Shown: positions 13,930 to 27,942, counted from the first letter of the stretch. The stretch: DNA of 37,052 bases from Paraglomus brasilianum (GCA_910592345.1 CAJVPI010000277.1:1-37052); one strand, 5' to 3'. Notes: generated by a model not told the origin, from the letters alone. Numbers and translations: made by a program.

Positions 13930-14900
13930 ATATCGCGAATTTCTCCTGCTTGACACTCATGTCGTTTAGAATGGTAGCGATGTTATCGGTTGTTTCGGTG
14001 GGGGTAGGAGATGAGACGACGGAAGAAGAGACGGAAGAAGAGAAGCACCGCCTCAACCGCCTTTCTCACGTTTCTTTTTCAATCGAATATCTCGAACGTC
14101 ATTGATTCTGCTGTCACTATGCAGATACTAGATCGAGAGCGGACGACTCATCTGTGGTGTCAAATAGGAAGCAACAAAAAAAGAATAAGTACAAGAACGT
14201 ATGAATCAGTTAAAGTGGTAACGGTTATCTTAAATAGCAAGGTGCATATGGACGGATGAATATAAAACAAAACAATCTGATATAAAAAAGAAGCAATACA
14301 TACATAATGCGTGCGTCAAAGAGCTAGATTGCTCAGTACTTCCCCCGCCAGAATTCTTGCTGTTGCCTCCCCAGCCTCCTTCAACTCCTCCTTAGCATCT
14401 TTCGGCTGTTTCTTAATATCTCTCTTGTGCCGACCAGCGCCAATTTTTTCTTGTACCGATAGTTGGCGCCACAATACGTCTATGTAACATAGACGCATTG
14501 TGTTGAATGTTCGTGTAACCGCCCGTCTTGGCCGGTGTAGGTGGCAGAAACATCGGTTTCTGGAGAGCCTTAGTCTCCATAGTTGGCAGCATGATGCTAC
14601 AATGCTATTTGATACGCCTCGGGGACATGGACGTATTGTGGTAAATGTTCGTGTAGCTGCCCGTCTTGCTGGTGTAGATAGCAGAAAATTCGGGTTCCCT
14701 CCGCTGCACGCTTCTGTAACCCCACCAACTCGGCCTCTGCCTGCGCATTCCTCTCCGTCCTCTCCCCCAAAAGCCGTAGGCTTACTTTCACTGCCGCCTG
14801 GTATTCCTTTAAATCGGCGGCGGTATTCCTGGGCATTCGCGGCTTGTGCGGCGTAGTTAGTAGGTCGGGCTATATTGGTGTCTAAGGATTGTCGGCACAT
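13930..14900 (-). pseudogene. GC-richer decayed gene or TE-derived fragment with an internal duplicated FCxLH segment
   Basis: Coding-like, visibly GC-richer sequence with overlapping broken frames. 14477-14550 and 14613-14688 are diverged copies of each other. No family was recognised. Confidence 0.4.
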
Positions 14901-16900
14901 TACTGGAAAACCGAAAAAGAAAAAAGTGTTTACTTGGCCGAGGGCGGCGAACTAGTTAAATTACTCTGGGCGCTGTCCCAACTGAAAACTTCGAAGACAC
15001 TTTGGAATTTGGGGTGTACTAGCGGAGCTTTGAGTCAAAACGTTTCTAGCAGACCTGGTTGGGTATTTAGTGTTTACACCCAATCATATATTAATATTAA
15101 GGTTCGTCCTATTGGCTGAACCTCATTTCAAATGACGCGGATGAAGTCCACAATCTAGTAGTGTAATTATTTTCTTCTATTCACGATCGTTAAAAAAGAA
15201 ATACATAGTAGCAGCATGCCAACCCGACAAGTTTGACGTGATTTACTTAACCCCTAACTATTATACTCACCTCTATACCGCATATATCAGCAAAATTGAC
15301 CGGCTGATAAGTAGTATCTAAATGACCATTCCTGTCTCAGAAGGCATAAGACTTTATTTTTAAGTTATATGCAACTGGTTTTAACATTATCAACTAAGTA
15401 GACAAGAGGTGGAATATGGAATACATTTCCTGAAAAAAAGGGGGCATGTTGTAGCAAGTATTCCCTAAGTACTATCAACCATTACGGTAAAAGGCAACTG
15501 GTCCAGTACATAACTCTTTGTTTGTTGAAACATTGTTTCAGTTAGATATAGAATACGAGTGATTAGACAGGTAATAAATGCTATATGTTTAACGTGATGT
15601 GTTGGAAGCAGGAAGAAAACACCAGTGTGGTATTAGCTATTACCGTGTGCTTAACATTATTCTTTTTTTAGAAGCTGTTGGGTTTCTACAGAAAAAACAT
15701 TTCTGTAGACAAGAGGTGTTTGCTTTAGCAATGATTATTGAGTTGATAGAATTTCGCGCATGGAAAATTTGTTTTCTCCAATTATTCTGTGAATTTTTTA
15801 ATATTGATATAGTATTTAAAGACCAATTTATCCTTCGGCATATTAATAATATTCGGATGAGATTATTACCATCGGCTACTTTGGCCTTGCTTCTAACGTG
15901 AACTATTAATTAACCGGCTTAGCCAGTAATGAAAATAAAATTTGGTTTGTCTTATTTATTACATAACGCAAAAATCGCCAACGATGAATATTTGCTGTTG
16001 TTGTTGCCATTGCCGTTGCTGTTTCATTCCATTTATGTATGTGTGGAAACGATAATATTATCGCTGTGACGTTGGGCCTTCATTAACTTTTTTTATGATC
16101 GCTGATAACATGTCAATAATAGAATTATGTCAGTAATATAATTGTCAGAGAGCTTCAGTAGCACTATGTTCACGTTGTCCGGTCTTATTGCCATGCTCCA
16201 ATTGATGCCCACGGGCGCATTGAACAGCGAAGGATCTCAATGGCGCAAATTACTGTTTCAGTTAAGTACTTTTATCCGTAACTCCGTAACCGGGGGTTAA
16301 TCCTAAGTTGGTAAATCATCGGCCTGTGTACTATTACTATATTCCCAGCTTTCGGAATTCCAAGTTATCGACCCTTGTCACGTTTCTAAACAGTATATGT
16401 ATCAGTCTGTTCCTCTTGTCGACAAAATATTATGAGGCTTTCCACATTTAAAACCGACTGGGGTCTCTGCATAAGTATTTAAAAACGATGTTGAATCGAA
16501 TAAATCAGTTGCTATTAATTTCAACGTATCATTTAATATTCTATGCAGTATTTAAAAAGGCATTCCATGTCAATCTGCTGATTTCTCTGCTAAGTATATC
16601 GTTATATTAGCCCAGATTCAATTCACCCCAAAATGAATGTGAAAATCACAATATTCGCTACTCAATGCTCAGGTGGTCGAACTATGACGTTTTAGACCAT
16701 GTACGGGAAGTGGTGTAACAACCAGCCAATTGAGTCCATCACTTCGCATGCTTAACATAAGTTATTTGTCGCCACAATTTGTGCCATAGATCCAGAACAT
16801 TTAAATATGAATTATGGGAGAACTCAATCATCGTCTCTTTCTTTTTCATCCTCCGTGAATTCTCAGCTGCTCGATTGTTAATTCGAATCCATCAACAGAG

Positions 16901-19900
16901 ATGTCACCCACAGAAACAACAACTGCAGCATTCCGCGAAGCAGCTTCGAATAAACAAACAGAAAAACCTTTTCCAATGGATGGAACTGGACTCATAGCAA
17001 TCGATCCTTGGCTAGAACCCTATGCAGAGGATTTAAGGCAGAGGTAAATTGGTACTGTAACAATGTAGCATAGATCGAGATAAAATTTTCTAAAATAGAA
17101 ATATATGTTGATTTATTTGTTGTTGTTTTAATACGATCTCGACACAAATGCGAAACTGTGAAATTTAACGACTACATTCGTCAACTATCTAAATTCACGT
17201 CTAATATTTTCGATTCTTATCAATTGCAGGTACGCACAATATCAAAAGTGGGTAAAAGATATTGAAGAATATGAAAACGGATACGACAAGTTTACTCGGG
17301 GATTCGAGATTTATGGACTAAATGTACAACCAAATGGAGATATTGTATATCGCGAGTGGGCACCTAATGTAAAGGATGCAAGCTTGATCGGTGAATTCAG
17401 TACGTTTGGCCGAATCACAATTATTATAATTACGAGGGTCCATTATGTTGTTTAGGATGTGTTAATTCTTTTTGTCTATCCGTGTACTCATGTCGCATTT
17501 CCCATCTTTGCATTAGATGGCTGGGACAGAACGAAACATCCAATGACAAGAAATGCCTTTGGTGTGTGGGAAGTCACTGTGCACGCACTACCCAACGGCG
17601 CTCCAGCAATACCTCATGGTTCCAAAATAAAGGCAAGTCTAGGATCTTATTCTTGTTTTTTAGCCTTATTCTAATAGACAACATCTTTTATCAGATTTCG
17701 ATGACTACGCCTGAAGGCGAACGCATAGATCGTTTGCCAGCATGGATCAAACGTGTTACACAAGACCTGACAGTTAGTCCCACTTATGATGCCATCTTTT
17801 GGAACCCACCAGAGAAATATCAATGGAAGAATACGCAACCAAAGAAACCGGAGAGTTTGCGGGTCTATGAAGCACACGGTGAATATTATTATGATTGATA
17901 AAGTTGAATCGGTTGAGATGTGTGTGTTGCGCGAATTGAGTGCCTGTTTCAAGTTTAGCAAGGGTATAGGATCGAATACGTTAAATGAACTCGGTAATTA
18001 ATACATTTTTTATACTATGTATCCAGTTGGTATATCGGCAATAGATGGCAGGGTAGCCCAATATGATGAGTTCACGGCTAATATCCTCCCACGAATCAAA
18101 GATCTTGGCTATAATACAATTCAATTGATGGCTGTAATGGAACATGCTTACTACGCTTCATTTGGTTATCAAGTGACAAATTTCTTTGCTGCATCTAGTC
18201 GATATGGTAAGCCGCATTTATTATATTAGAAAAATCGAATATCATATTTTAAAACTCAGTATGCTATAATGATTACATTATATATTGAAGGTCCACCCGA
18301 AGGTCTGAAACGTCTTATAGACACAGCTCACGGAATGGGATTATATGTGCTATTAGATATCGTTCATTCTCATGCATGCAAGAATGTGCTCGATGGATTG
18401 AACATGTTTGATGGTACTGACCATTGCTATTTCCATGAAGGTGGAAAGGGAAGGCATGATCTTTGGGATAGGTGTGTTAACAAGGATGATACATAATATA
18501 TTTGTGAATAGGATTCAATTATTCTTATCGTGATGTTGCACTTTATTTAGCCGACTTTTCAATTATGGTCATTGGGAAGTCCTTCGCTTCTTGCTATCAA
18601 ATCTTCGCTTTTGGATTGAAGAATACAGATTCGATGGATTCAGATTCGATGGTGTGACTAGTATGCTTTATGTACACCACGGGATTGGAACTGGGTTTTC
18701 CGGAGGATACCATGAATATTTTGGATCTACAGTTGATAATGAAGCGGTTGTTTATTTGATGATGGTGAGTAACATGGGAAATATACAGTAAACCTATTAC
18801 CAGAGTTTCCTGGCCAATTTATTTGGTGTTGTATTAAAGGGCTTCGGAATAGCGAGGTTCCTACATCATTGAATTCATTAGGCTGGACTTGGTTATGGTT
18901 GTGACATAGGGGACTCTTGGAATATATGGTCGATGGAAATTAAGTACTTAATTAAAACTTTCACTAGGCAAATGATATGCTTCATAAATTGTATCCGAAT
19001 ATAATCACTGTCGCTGAAGGTAAGAATTTTATCTATCAATCCATAAATCAATCCACGAATCAATACACGAATTGAACAGTTTCTAATTACATGAGCATAT
19101 CTGCAGACGTGTCAGGAATGCCGGGACTATGCCGTCCAGTCTCAGAAGGCGGAGTTGGATTCGATTATCGTTTGGCAATGGCTATCCCAGATATGTGGAT
19201 CAAGCTGCTGAAAGAAAAGAAAGATGATGATTGGGATATGGCCAACATTTGTTGGATACTAATAAACAGAAGACACATGGTAACTCAACAATGTCGATTA
19301 CAAATAAAGTTGACTTTTTCTAACACTCAATTGTATTACAGGAGAAGAACATTTCATACGCAGAGTCACATGACCAAGCTCTTGTAGGAGACAAGACACT
19401 CGCGTTTTGGCTCATGGACGCAGAGATGTACACCAATATGTCTACCTTGTCGCCTTTAACTCCAACCGTTGATCGCGGGTTAGCTTTACACAAGATGATT
19501 CGGTAATATTACTGTCGTGTTGTTACCGACATTCTGACTCGATAAGTATTAACAAAGCTATTGCATTCGCCCATGTCTCAATCTAGTCTTATTACGCACG
19601 GCCTTGGGGGGGAAGGCTACTTGAATTTCGAAGGGAACGAGTTCGGACACCCCGAATGGCTTGATTTCCCTCGTGCCGGGAACAATAACTCGTATCACTA
19701 TGCTAGACGACAATGGAACATTGTCGATGATCACTTGTTGAGGTATAAGTATTTGAATGAGTTTGACAAAGCTATGCAGAACTTGGAAGAAGAGTGGGGT
19801 TGGCTGAGCTCTCATCAGGTATACATATATTTGATTGTTAAGATAGGGTGACTCGTTTGATCCATTTTCAGTGTCTTAATATTACTGCTCCTTTTCCATC

Positions 19901-20278
19901 CAAGGCTTATATCTCTCTCAAACACGAATCAGACAAGGTAATAGTCTTTGAAAGGGGAAACCTGTTGTGGATCTTCAACTTCCATCCAACGAACTCGTTC
20001 CCCGACTACAAGGTCGGAACTGAATGGGCAGGAGAGTATAGGGTTGTGCTCAACACAGATAACAAGAGATTTAATGGATTTGGCCGGATAGACGAGTCAG
20101 TGACTTATTTCACCTCCCCGGAACCGTGGAATAATCGGAAGAATTCACTTATGGTAAGGAAAAACAATTAGAAAAAGATGTTAAAGTTCGATGTGGTTAA
20201 GAAACGGATTAATGTGTTTGTCTATTTTTATAGGTCTATATTCCTTGCCGGGTTGCTTTGTTGTTGGCACACAACTAA
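16901..20278 (+). CDS. GLC3: 1,4-alpha-glucan (glycogen) branching enzyme, GH13, 13 exons
   Basis: [76 protein letters not shown] and terminal [10 protein letters not shown]. Twelve introns were traced, one of them GC-AG (17633-17694). Confidence 0.97.
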
Positions 20279-20372
20279 AATTGTAACGACAAAAAAATAT
20301 TTTAATCATTGATTGTTATTATAATTATTAGCAGCTTAAACCGTTAAACCACTGTCTATTTTTATCGAGTTC

Positions 20373-21108
20373 TTAGTTAAATATTAGCCCTTCAGATCCT
20401 AGATTTGAAAATAGGCTTCATTTGAATAAAAAATTGTCGCGTTAGACTAAAACACAAGTGGATAGATGACTCACCTCTCTCTTGTTGTTTCGGAAATTTT
20501 GGCAAATGATTCGCTACTAGCGAAAGTATCTCATCAAACTTGTCTGTTAATCCCCTATCCTCGGAATCTTCTATGATCTGATATCAGAGGACACCATTTA
20601 GCTCAAGTACTTGGAATAATGATCAAGGACACTCTTTTAAAACATACCACATAAAGTTCAACAGGTCTTTCAGGCCTTAGGTTGATTATTTGTAATTTCT
20701 CGCTCTTAGTCAATGGATATGGTTTTAGTGCTTCTAACAAATTTTTAACCTGTTCGGCTGTTTGACTTCCGACTGGCGATTGATCAGAAGCAAGGTACTG
20801 CATTATCTAATCGCAATGTATTAATTACTGGTTTACAATGCAAGTCTTTATATAAATAATTGATTCAGAGATTAATACTTTATGTAACCTCGTATTGTAT
20901 CGTTTTTAGATTCTCGGCAAAGAGTACTCCAGGTTCTGCCGCCAACTGTTCGGCATGTTTTGCGCCTAATTCACGGAGAACTTCGAGAACTTCAAAGTTT
21001 GATAGTAGAGCAGATTGAGCCTCTAACACCTATTAATACATGGACTCATTGTTTAGCTCTAAGACAAAAGACATACATAATCACGCAGACTTGATAGTTT
21101 ACATGCAT
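20373..21108 (-). CDS. RPC17: RNA polymerase III subunit C17/RPC9 (Rpb4/HRDC-like), probably 5 exons (21103-21108, 20889-21029, 20648-20806, 20475-20577, 20373-20398), about 144 aa
   Basis: ALLSNFEVL, ENLKTIQYEIMQYL and LTKSEKLQIINLRP..VELYVIIEDSEDR match the Rpc17/CRCP family. The last exon is less certain. Confidence 0.88.
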
Positions 21109-24100
21109 GGTCTGGTTTGGCTGTTGAGCGAAAATGATTTCTTGCTGTGGTAAAGTTTATCTCACGTGACACATATTCACCATACTAATAATTCATACGG
21201 CACTCGGTGTTTGTTCTAAGGTCATGATTTATTTCAAAGTTGAGGCTCTAACGCAATTCAAATTCTCCAATTATGGAGTACAGTCAAAATAATCACAAGC
21301 ATTAAAAGAGTAGAGCATCGCGAGTAATTGTACCTTTCGCATGACATAAAAATAACGCTTCGAAATAATGTTGGTGAATATTTGTCGGTGATTGCCTCCT
21401 GGCTAGTTCAAGAAGAGAAACTCGATTTCTGACATGAATTAACGGTATATTATTATGCAGCTAAGACTTAAATTAATAGTTTTTATCTGCTAGCATGTCG
21501 TGCCAGAAAGCGCTGATCAGCCGAGATTTGCTCTATACTTAGAAGAAGCCTTCTCTTGATAGTTGGTGTGTTAGTATGGTTCAATCTCACGCAGTTAATA
21601 CGTTCTTGCTGACAATAAACCTAGAAATAATAAATCGGGCCCCAAATCTCGTCTTCTAATAGCAAGGGAAACCATTAATAAATAGTAATTCGTTGATGTA
21701 TCCGTGCACATGCACTCGACTTTATTGTAATCCGTAAGTTAAGGTTATTCACAATTAGGCAAGTATCAGCAAAGCAATCATCGATTCTAAATTATTAATG
21801 AAGTCTCCGTAATTGTTCATTATTATTATGTATTCGTTGATTTGTGACAGTTTATTTCAATTAATCAGAACAATCCTATCTATCACTACGCGTCTGGTTT
21901 TTGTATCACATTTAAAGTCAATTGATATTACGGAGCAATTCAATCTGGGACTTACTACAATCGTTAATGTCATTGGCGCCGAATTATTGTTCGACAAAAT
22001 GCTGAATTTGTATCTATTTGGATTACAGTAGACTATTATATTGATAATGAACCTTGTTTTATTAGATTTTGATTTGCAAATTCAAATAATTAATTATCCA
22101 ACAACTATTAAATAATAAAATTTATAATATGACTATTATAAACAACTAGCTACAGCCTGTCTCAATAACCGGAATATTTTTCACATAACTTAATTACGAG
22201 TAACTCGATCGAAAACAAACAAATTCGCGTTCTGTAAAATTTTGTTTACAGTATAACGAATCTTGGTGCTTTATAAACTCGAAGCTTTTTTCTTTGCCCA
22301 CAGGTAGAAACTAAAATGTCGGGTTCAATAAGAAAATCAACGCCAAACTTTATTACATTTGTGGAATAACAGAATTCATACTGGAATAAAACTACATAAG
22401 TTAACAGACATACCACTTTCAACAATTTATGATAACAATAAAAGGGGCACTAATGCTCATACTGAAAGCCGGTTAACGCGAATGTTTCTAGAAAAGTGGG
22501 TCAATACATACATAGAAATCATTCTATATCAACCCAGAATCCCCGGTTTATTAACAAGAAATTATCCGAATTTTATAATAAATCTCTGTAATCCGTAAGC
22601 CGAAGGGCAGTTGCGAAAAAATACATGTCATATAATAATAAATTTTTTGCTAATCTCGAAGATCTTTCTTGTTAATCCGCAGATTGTGTTATCCGAAGAA
22701 TTTACTTGCAATTTTTTTTATCGTTAGAATCAAAGGGCCTTTTACGAATGTATCGTAACCATATTCACTTTTTCGATCTTTAGTGTCACATAGGATATTA
22801 TTATTCAGTCACGAGTTCGGGCCACGTTATATAAATTGGACCCCAGAAATTTGGCCCTTATATGCGCGTCCAATTTTGCGCGTGAATCTACTCGGTTCAC
22901 TTTCCTGCGAATATGAACGAACAATCGCCTGCCGACCAGAATAATAAAAACGGAGATCGTTCTGTTTGTAACATGTAAGCCTTTATACTGTGCTACGATG
23001 TGATGGAATTAGTCTGAGGAAAGCGAGACCTGCTTAACAACGTTTAATGCTTTATAGGGATTTATTAAATGGCTTGTTAGCGGGCAGCGTTGAGCACTTA
23101 CAAAACTCTTTCAGTAGCATCTATGCTGTAAGATCATGTCTTCTCTGTCAATAGAAACCAACATCTTTACACTGTATGCTCACATAATATGCCAAAACTT
23201 AGACATTAGCCACGAATTTTCAAACTACACTCGAAATGACGCAATCTATGAATGCCGTAATGGAACAACTACTCGTTTCGAACACCCGTATTTGTTCGTA
23301 TAATACTCGTTTTTATCAATTAGATTTTTCTATAATCATATACGTGTTAATTGGACCCTTTTTTTTTTAAGCATCAAATGTTACGCAACTAGAGCAATAT
23401 GACGGAAACGAGGAATGCACGCCAATACCGCTTACCATTACTGTATCCAACTTGAGCAATCTACCCATCAAAGATGCAGCATTTGACATTGTTTTTCAAA
23501 AAAAAGACAATGCGGAAGTAAGAGATTAGTCAATTTAATCTGTCACTAGCGTTACGATGCAAGGTTTTCTAATTTGCCAAAAGCAGAATTTCAATGCAAT
23601 TTGCCCTACTTACATGGGTTTAGACCGCATACGTAAACATAAGCCATGCTGAATCATTTCAAAAGGGATTACGCAAAAACTCAAGGTAAATAACTTTAAT
23701 TTCTAGATCATGGTATTGTACAAGCATACAATAGGTTTGTTCCACTATCTAATGTAGGGAAGAGCGAAGAATGGAATCACCAATATTTGAACCAATGGCA
23801 CGATGTAATATTCCACCACAGACACAAATTATTGAAAAGTTAATATTGCTGCCGATGCAAATTGCGCAAGTATGTATCAAGTATATTGATTAACAAGCGG
23901 CATCGTGTTTGATTAAACTTTGCCTTTTCTCCCGTAACATACTAGCTTAATTGTAAAGTAACTGTAACATTCGCAAGTCCTGGCACAGGAAAAATACTCT
24001 ATGTAGAGCACACTTTTGGCATTTATATAATTGATCAGGTACATCAATAAACTATGCGCGAATGGGACGTTGATCATCGAGTAGATTATAACTGATATCT

Positions 24101-24659
24101 TTTCCATCACAGTGTAGGAAGCAGGTACAAAAAGCTCTACCGGCACAGGAGTTTGATTATACGTGTTCAGTGTCTTTGCCAACATCTCTGCTTCGACAAC
24201 TATGGAATGTTCATCCATGTGATGGCATAGATGAGAGTACAGTTTTCGAGCTCGTAGCAAAAGAGGTGCGTTTGCAACTGGCTATTTTTTCAAGAGTATT
24301 TTTGTAATAATACGTTAACGTCTTCAACAGTATGCAGAAGTTACCAGGGTGTTTATTCAGATCTGCAGCTGGAGCCAAAATAAGGCTATTGCACATTGCC
24401 AGATTATGGTTCATGGAAGCCAGGAGATTTTTACCAAGATCAAGAAAGAGTTGAGCGTACTATGTGAAACGCAAGAGAATCTGATCGACTAGTAGAAGTT
24501 GAAGATGAGAAAATAAAGATTCTTATCCATGTAATGTAAAGTACCAATAATCAGTGCTATCGTTTTAGGACCCCTGAGATTTTGATCATCCAATTAGAAA
24601 TTTATGATGGGTACCAAATGAATTATAAATAAAGAATGCTCTTCTCATTCGTATTAAAT

Positions 24660-25686
24660 ATGTCGTCCAAAGCACAAAGTGTTATACAGTTTATCGTAGA
24701 GCGATTTGAAAATTTAAATAGACAACGACGTTTTTCTTTAAAGCCACTTATAATAGGCATCAGTGGAATTCAAGGTTGTGGTAAGTCATTGAGGTGGAGG
24801 ACTTGGGAGGTTTATTTGCACACTCACATTTATCTACAAAACATGTCAAGGCAAAACAACACTAGTCTCTAACGTTGTCAGAAAACTCGATCAAGACCAC
24901 AATTTGGTGGCCGTTTCATTCTCAGCGGATGATTTTGTTCATACGTATGAGAAGCAAGTACAAATAAAATTAAACAACTCGCAGAATCGTCTTCTTGAGA
25001 AGCGTGGACTACCAGGCACACATGATGTAGCTTTCTGCAGAGACACATTTGCAGCATTATGTAAAGCTCAGTATGAATATGCTACCCGTATTGGAGAAAC
25101 AGAAAAGGAAGCAAGTCCCGTACTTGTTCCAAAATATGACAAGTCATGTTACAACGGAAAAGGGGATCGCGTTCCCGAAGATCAGTGGCAAAGGATATTA
25201 CCACCCATTGATTGTATACTATTTGATGGGTGGTTTCTTGGGTTTAAGCATTTGCCTGATGAGGTTTTAAGCAGAATATACAACGATGCGTTACGCCGGC
25301 CAAATGGAGAAGAAAAACCCTTATTCTTGTCTCATGCGTTATCACATCTATTAACAATCAATAACAATTTGAAAGAATACGAAACAAGTTTGTATCCATT
25401 CATTGACATATTCATTCATATCGACACAGAGGATATTAATGTTGTTTATAAATGGCGTCTTGAGCAAGAACACAGAATGATTGCAAAAGGGATGACTGGG
25501 ATGACGGATATAGAAGTAAAGGAATTTGTGAATCGATATATGCCAGCATATGAGTTGTACCTTCCAAAATTACGAGAAAATAGTTTTTTTGAGCAAAATG
25601 GTCACAGTTTTGAAGATATCTCTGGAAGACATTTGAGGTTACTGATTGATGAAAACCGGGATAGAATTTCAGAAGTAATCTTATGA
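24660..25686 (+). CDS. P-loop kinase of the Tda10 / D-glycerate 3-kinase-like family, 2 exons (24660-24780, 24851-25686), about 318 aa
   Basis: Walker A IIGISGIQGCG|KTT spans the intron; also SADDF, RGLPGTHD, PKYDKS..G.GDR, FDGWFLGF, VYKWRLEQEH and FVNRYMPAYELY. Confidence 0.9.
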
Positions 25687-26115
25687 AAAGGTTCAATCAT
25701 TAGTAGGTGTCGTGGTTTAATCAATCATGATTTTATGATTGACTCTCACATAATAATGCTCGGAGATATGGTTTACATATTCTACTTTAGTTCAGACACA
25801 GATTATGGTTGTAATTTAATTGTCGCAGATGTTCGTGATCATAATAATACTTTACAATATAAATAATATTAATATCAGCTGCATTGTGTCTGACACTATT
25901 GTTCAAAAGCAGAGTATTTGGCGATAGATATAATATATAAACATATAAATAACAATAAGGCGAATTTTTATGTGTTATATGTTCCAACAACAGTCGTTGG
26001 ATATAAAAATAATTAGCTTTAAAAGAAAGAAAAACAACACCCAACTGAATTCCACTGCATTAAATTTCAACTCAATAGAGATAAATACACATCCTCATAC
26101 TCTCCAACCCTTGTT

Positions 26116-27560
26116 TTATACAAACTTCTCTCCGTTCTCTAATACTTTAACTAATCCAGCAATTACTTTAGCCATGCCATCTCCCAATAAACCTCCTTTT
26201 GTTCCGGGAGCGCCAGTCTGTTCATGTTCTGCCTTCATGGCCTCATCGATAAGTGTTGGTATCTTCAAGAAGATTTTCGCCAGTTGTAGACTTAAACGGA
26301 GACGACCAAAAACATCAAAGTACGAGAGAGCACGTAGCTCTTGTTGGATGTCGTAAAGGGTGATTAGCTCATATTGGACTATTTTTATGTATTTCTTGCC
26401 GGCTGGTATAAAGATTAGTATAGTTATGATTAGTCTTAATGTTATATGTCATTAACATTACAATCACTAATGCCTGTCAATAATTACCTAAAAGCAGTTC
26501 TCTTATTCGCCCGAATACGTGTTCCATATTTTCAATCCAATCATCTCCAAGATTGAGATTCGGATTCCCCTCATTCAAGGCATCTACGAGCAAATAACGT
26601 CAGTCAGTTGCCGTAAACTTTCCTCATATCATTCCCAGACGAGCTCGATTGACACTTACTAACTAGTGCTCTAATCATCTCAAAGTCACCATCCATGAAT
26701 TCCAGGAACAACTGGTATAAGACTCCATGCAGCGTCTCGTCACCCATTCCATTCACCAAGCTCAAGTCGCTACATCCTGATATATCATAAGCACGTCGTG
26801 TTGATGGCTTGTTAAGCGTTTCGTATGCATAGGCCAATTCTGGAGGAACGGATAAAGAATTTGATGTGAGTATGAATAATTGAAATTTCTTATAGTACAA
26901 TCAGCCATTTGGTTATATTCAAATCCCCCCCAATAGTTATGAAATGACTGTCAGGGAAACGGACCTTCCCCCCCTGCCCCCCCCTCCTCCCCCCTCCTTT
27001 CACCTCTCTTCGCCCCAAACAGTAAAATGATTTTTTTACATACTTTGAAATGCTTCCGTTGCTTTTGGATATTCTGGGAATTTGTCCGGATGACAAATGC
27101 GAGATCTCTATATTCGGTAACATATTCAGATACAAATCAGTAAGCTTACTTGTAAATCACATATCCAATACATTCTCATGCACTCACGCACCGAGATGTA
27201 AGCCTTCCTCAAGTCTTCTTGCACGGCAGTTCGTTCGACGCCGAGAATGGTGTATAGATTTGTCTCTCTACATATCTCATCAACCACCTTGTACCTAGTA
27301 CCACTGTCTATTGGTCGTCTAACTGAAGCATTTTCATCTTCATTGTCTATAGGGTTGGTAGCATCGTGAGATTGCGAGGGCGGAGACCCAAAAACGGGTT
27401 GTGTTGAAGGGGACATTGGAGGTTTGTGCTTGTGTTGCTTGTTTGTAGAAGCGTGCTTGTTATCGGCGGGCTTCTTTGAATGTTTGTTGTGGTTGGTATG
27501 TGTTTGGTTTTGGGTCTCTTGCGCAGGAGGCTTGGGATTAAAGTAGTTGTATATAAACAT
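26116..27560 (-). CDS. J-domain (DnaJ type III) protein, 5 exons (27192-27560, 27044-27107, 26660-26839, 26488-26583, 26116-26402), about 331 aa
   Basis: LYTILGV...LRKAYISRSRICHPDKFP...ATEAFQKLAYAYETL...RRAYD is a J domain with the HPD motif. The N-terminus is low-complexity. Exon phases are consistent (996 nt). Confidence 0.9.
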
Positions 27561-27942
27561 TAGGCGACCACAATGAGCAAGAGAGAGAGAGAAATGAGTT
27601 GTTAGTGTCCACTAGTCATTAGTGTAAATAATGTGCAAACAGTGAGGTAGGATGATAACATCAAAGCACCAGGAGAGTGGCTGGTGATATTTAAGTAGTA
27701 AAATACCACATACCACTAAATATACGGGACAATTCAAGTTTAATCGAGTTTGCGAATAAAAAACAACCAACTTCCAAGTCAATTAGAATTTTGGCTATTC
27801 CAGAGACTTTTGTCGACCTCTTTTACGTTTGTAGAATACGCGTTGGTGAGTTTGATGGCCCTTAAATGATGGATATGCGCTGGTGCTTGGTATATCGAGT
27901 GTTTTGAATTCACATGTTAGTTTCTGCATGTACCTCACTTTT

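Noticed and set aside
22736..22750. U5 snRNA loop I-like GCCTTTTAC
   Set aside because: There is no flanking complementary stem or recognisable U5 architecture.
23014..23090. Hammerhead ribozyme (CUGAGGA...GAGA + long stem)
   Set aside because: GAAA, the U-H cleavage site, stem II and stem I pairing are all missing. The CUGAUGA hits at about 54, 1244 and 3640 likewise lack the rest of the core.
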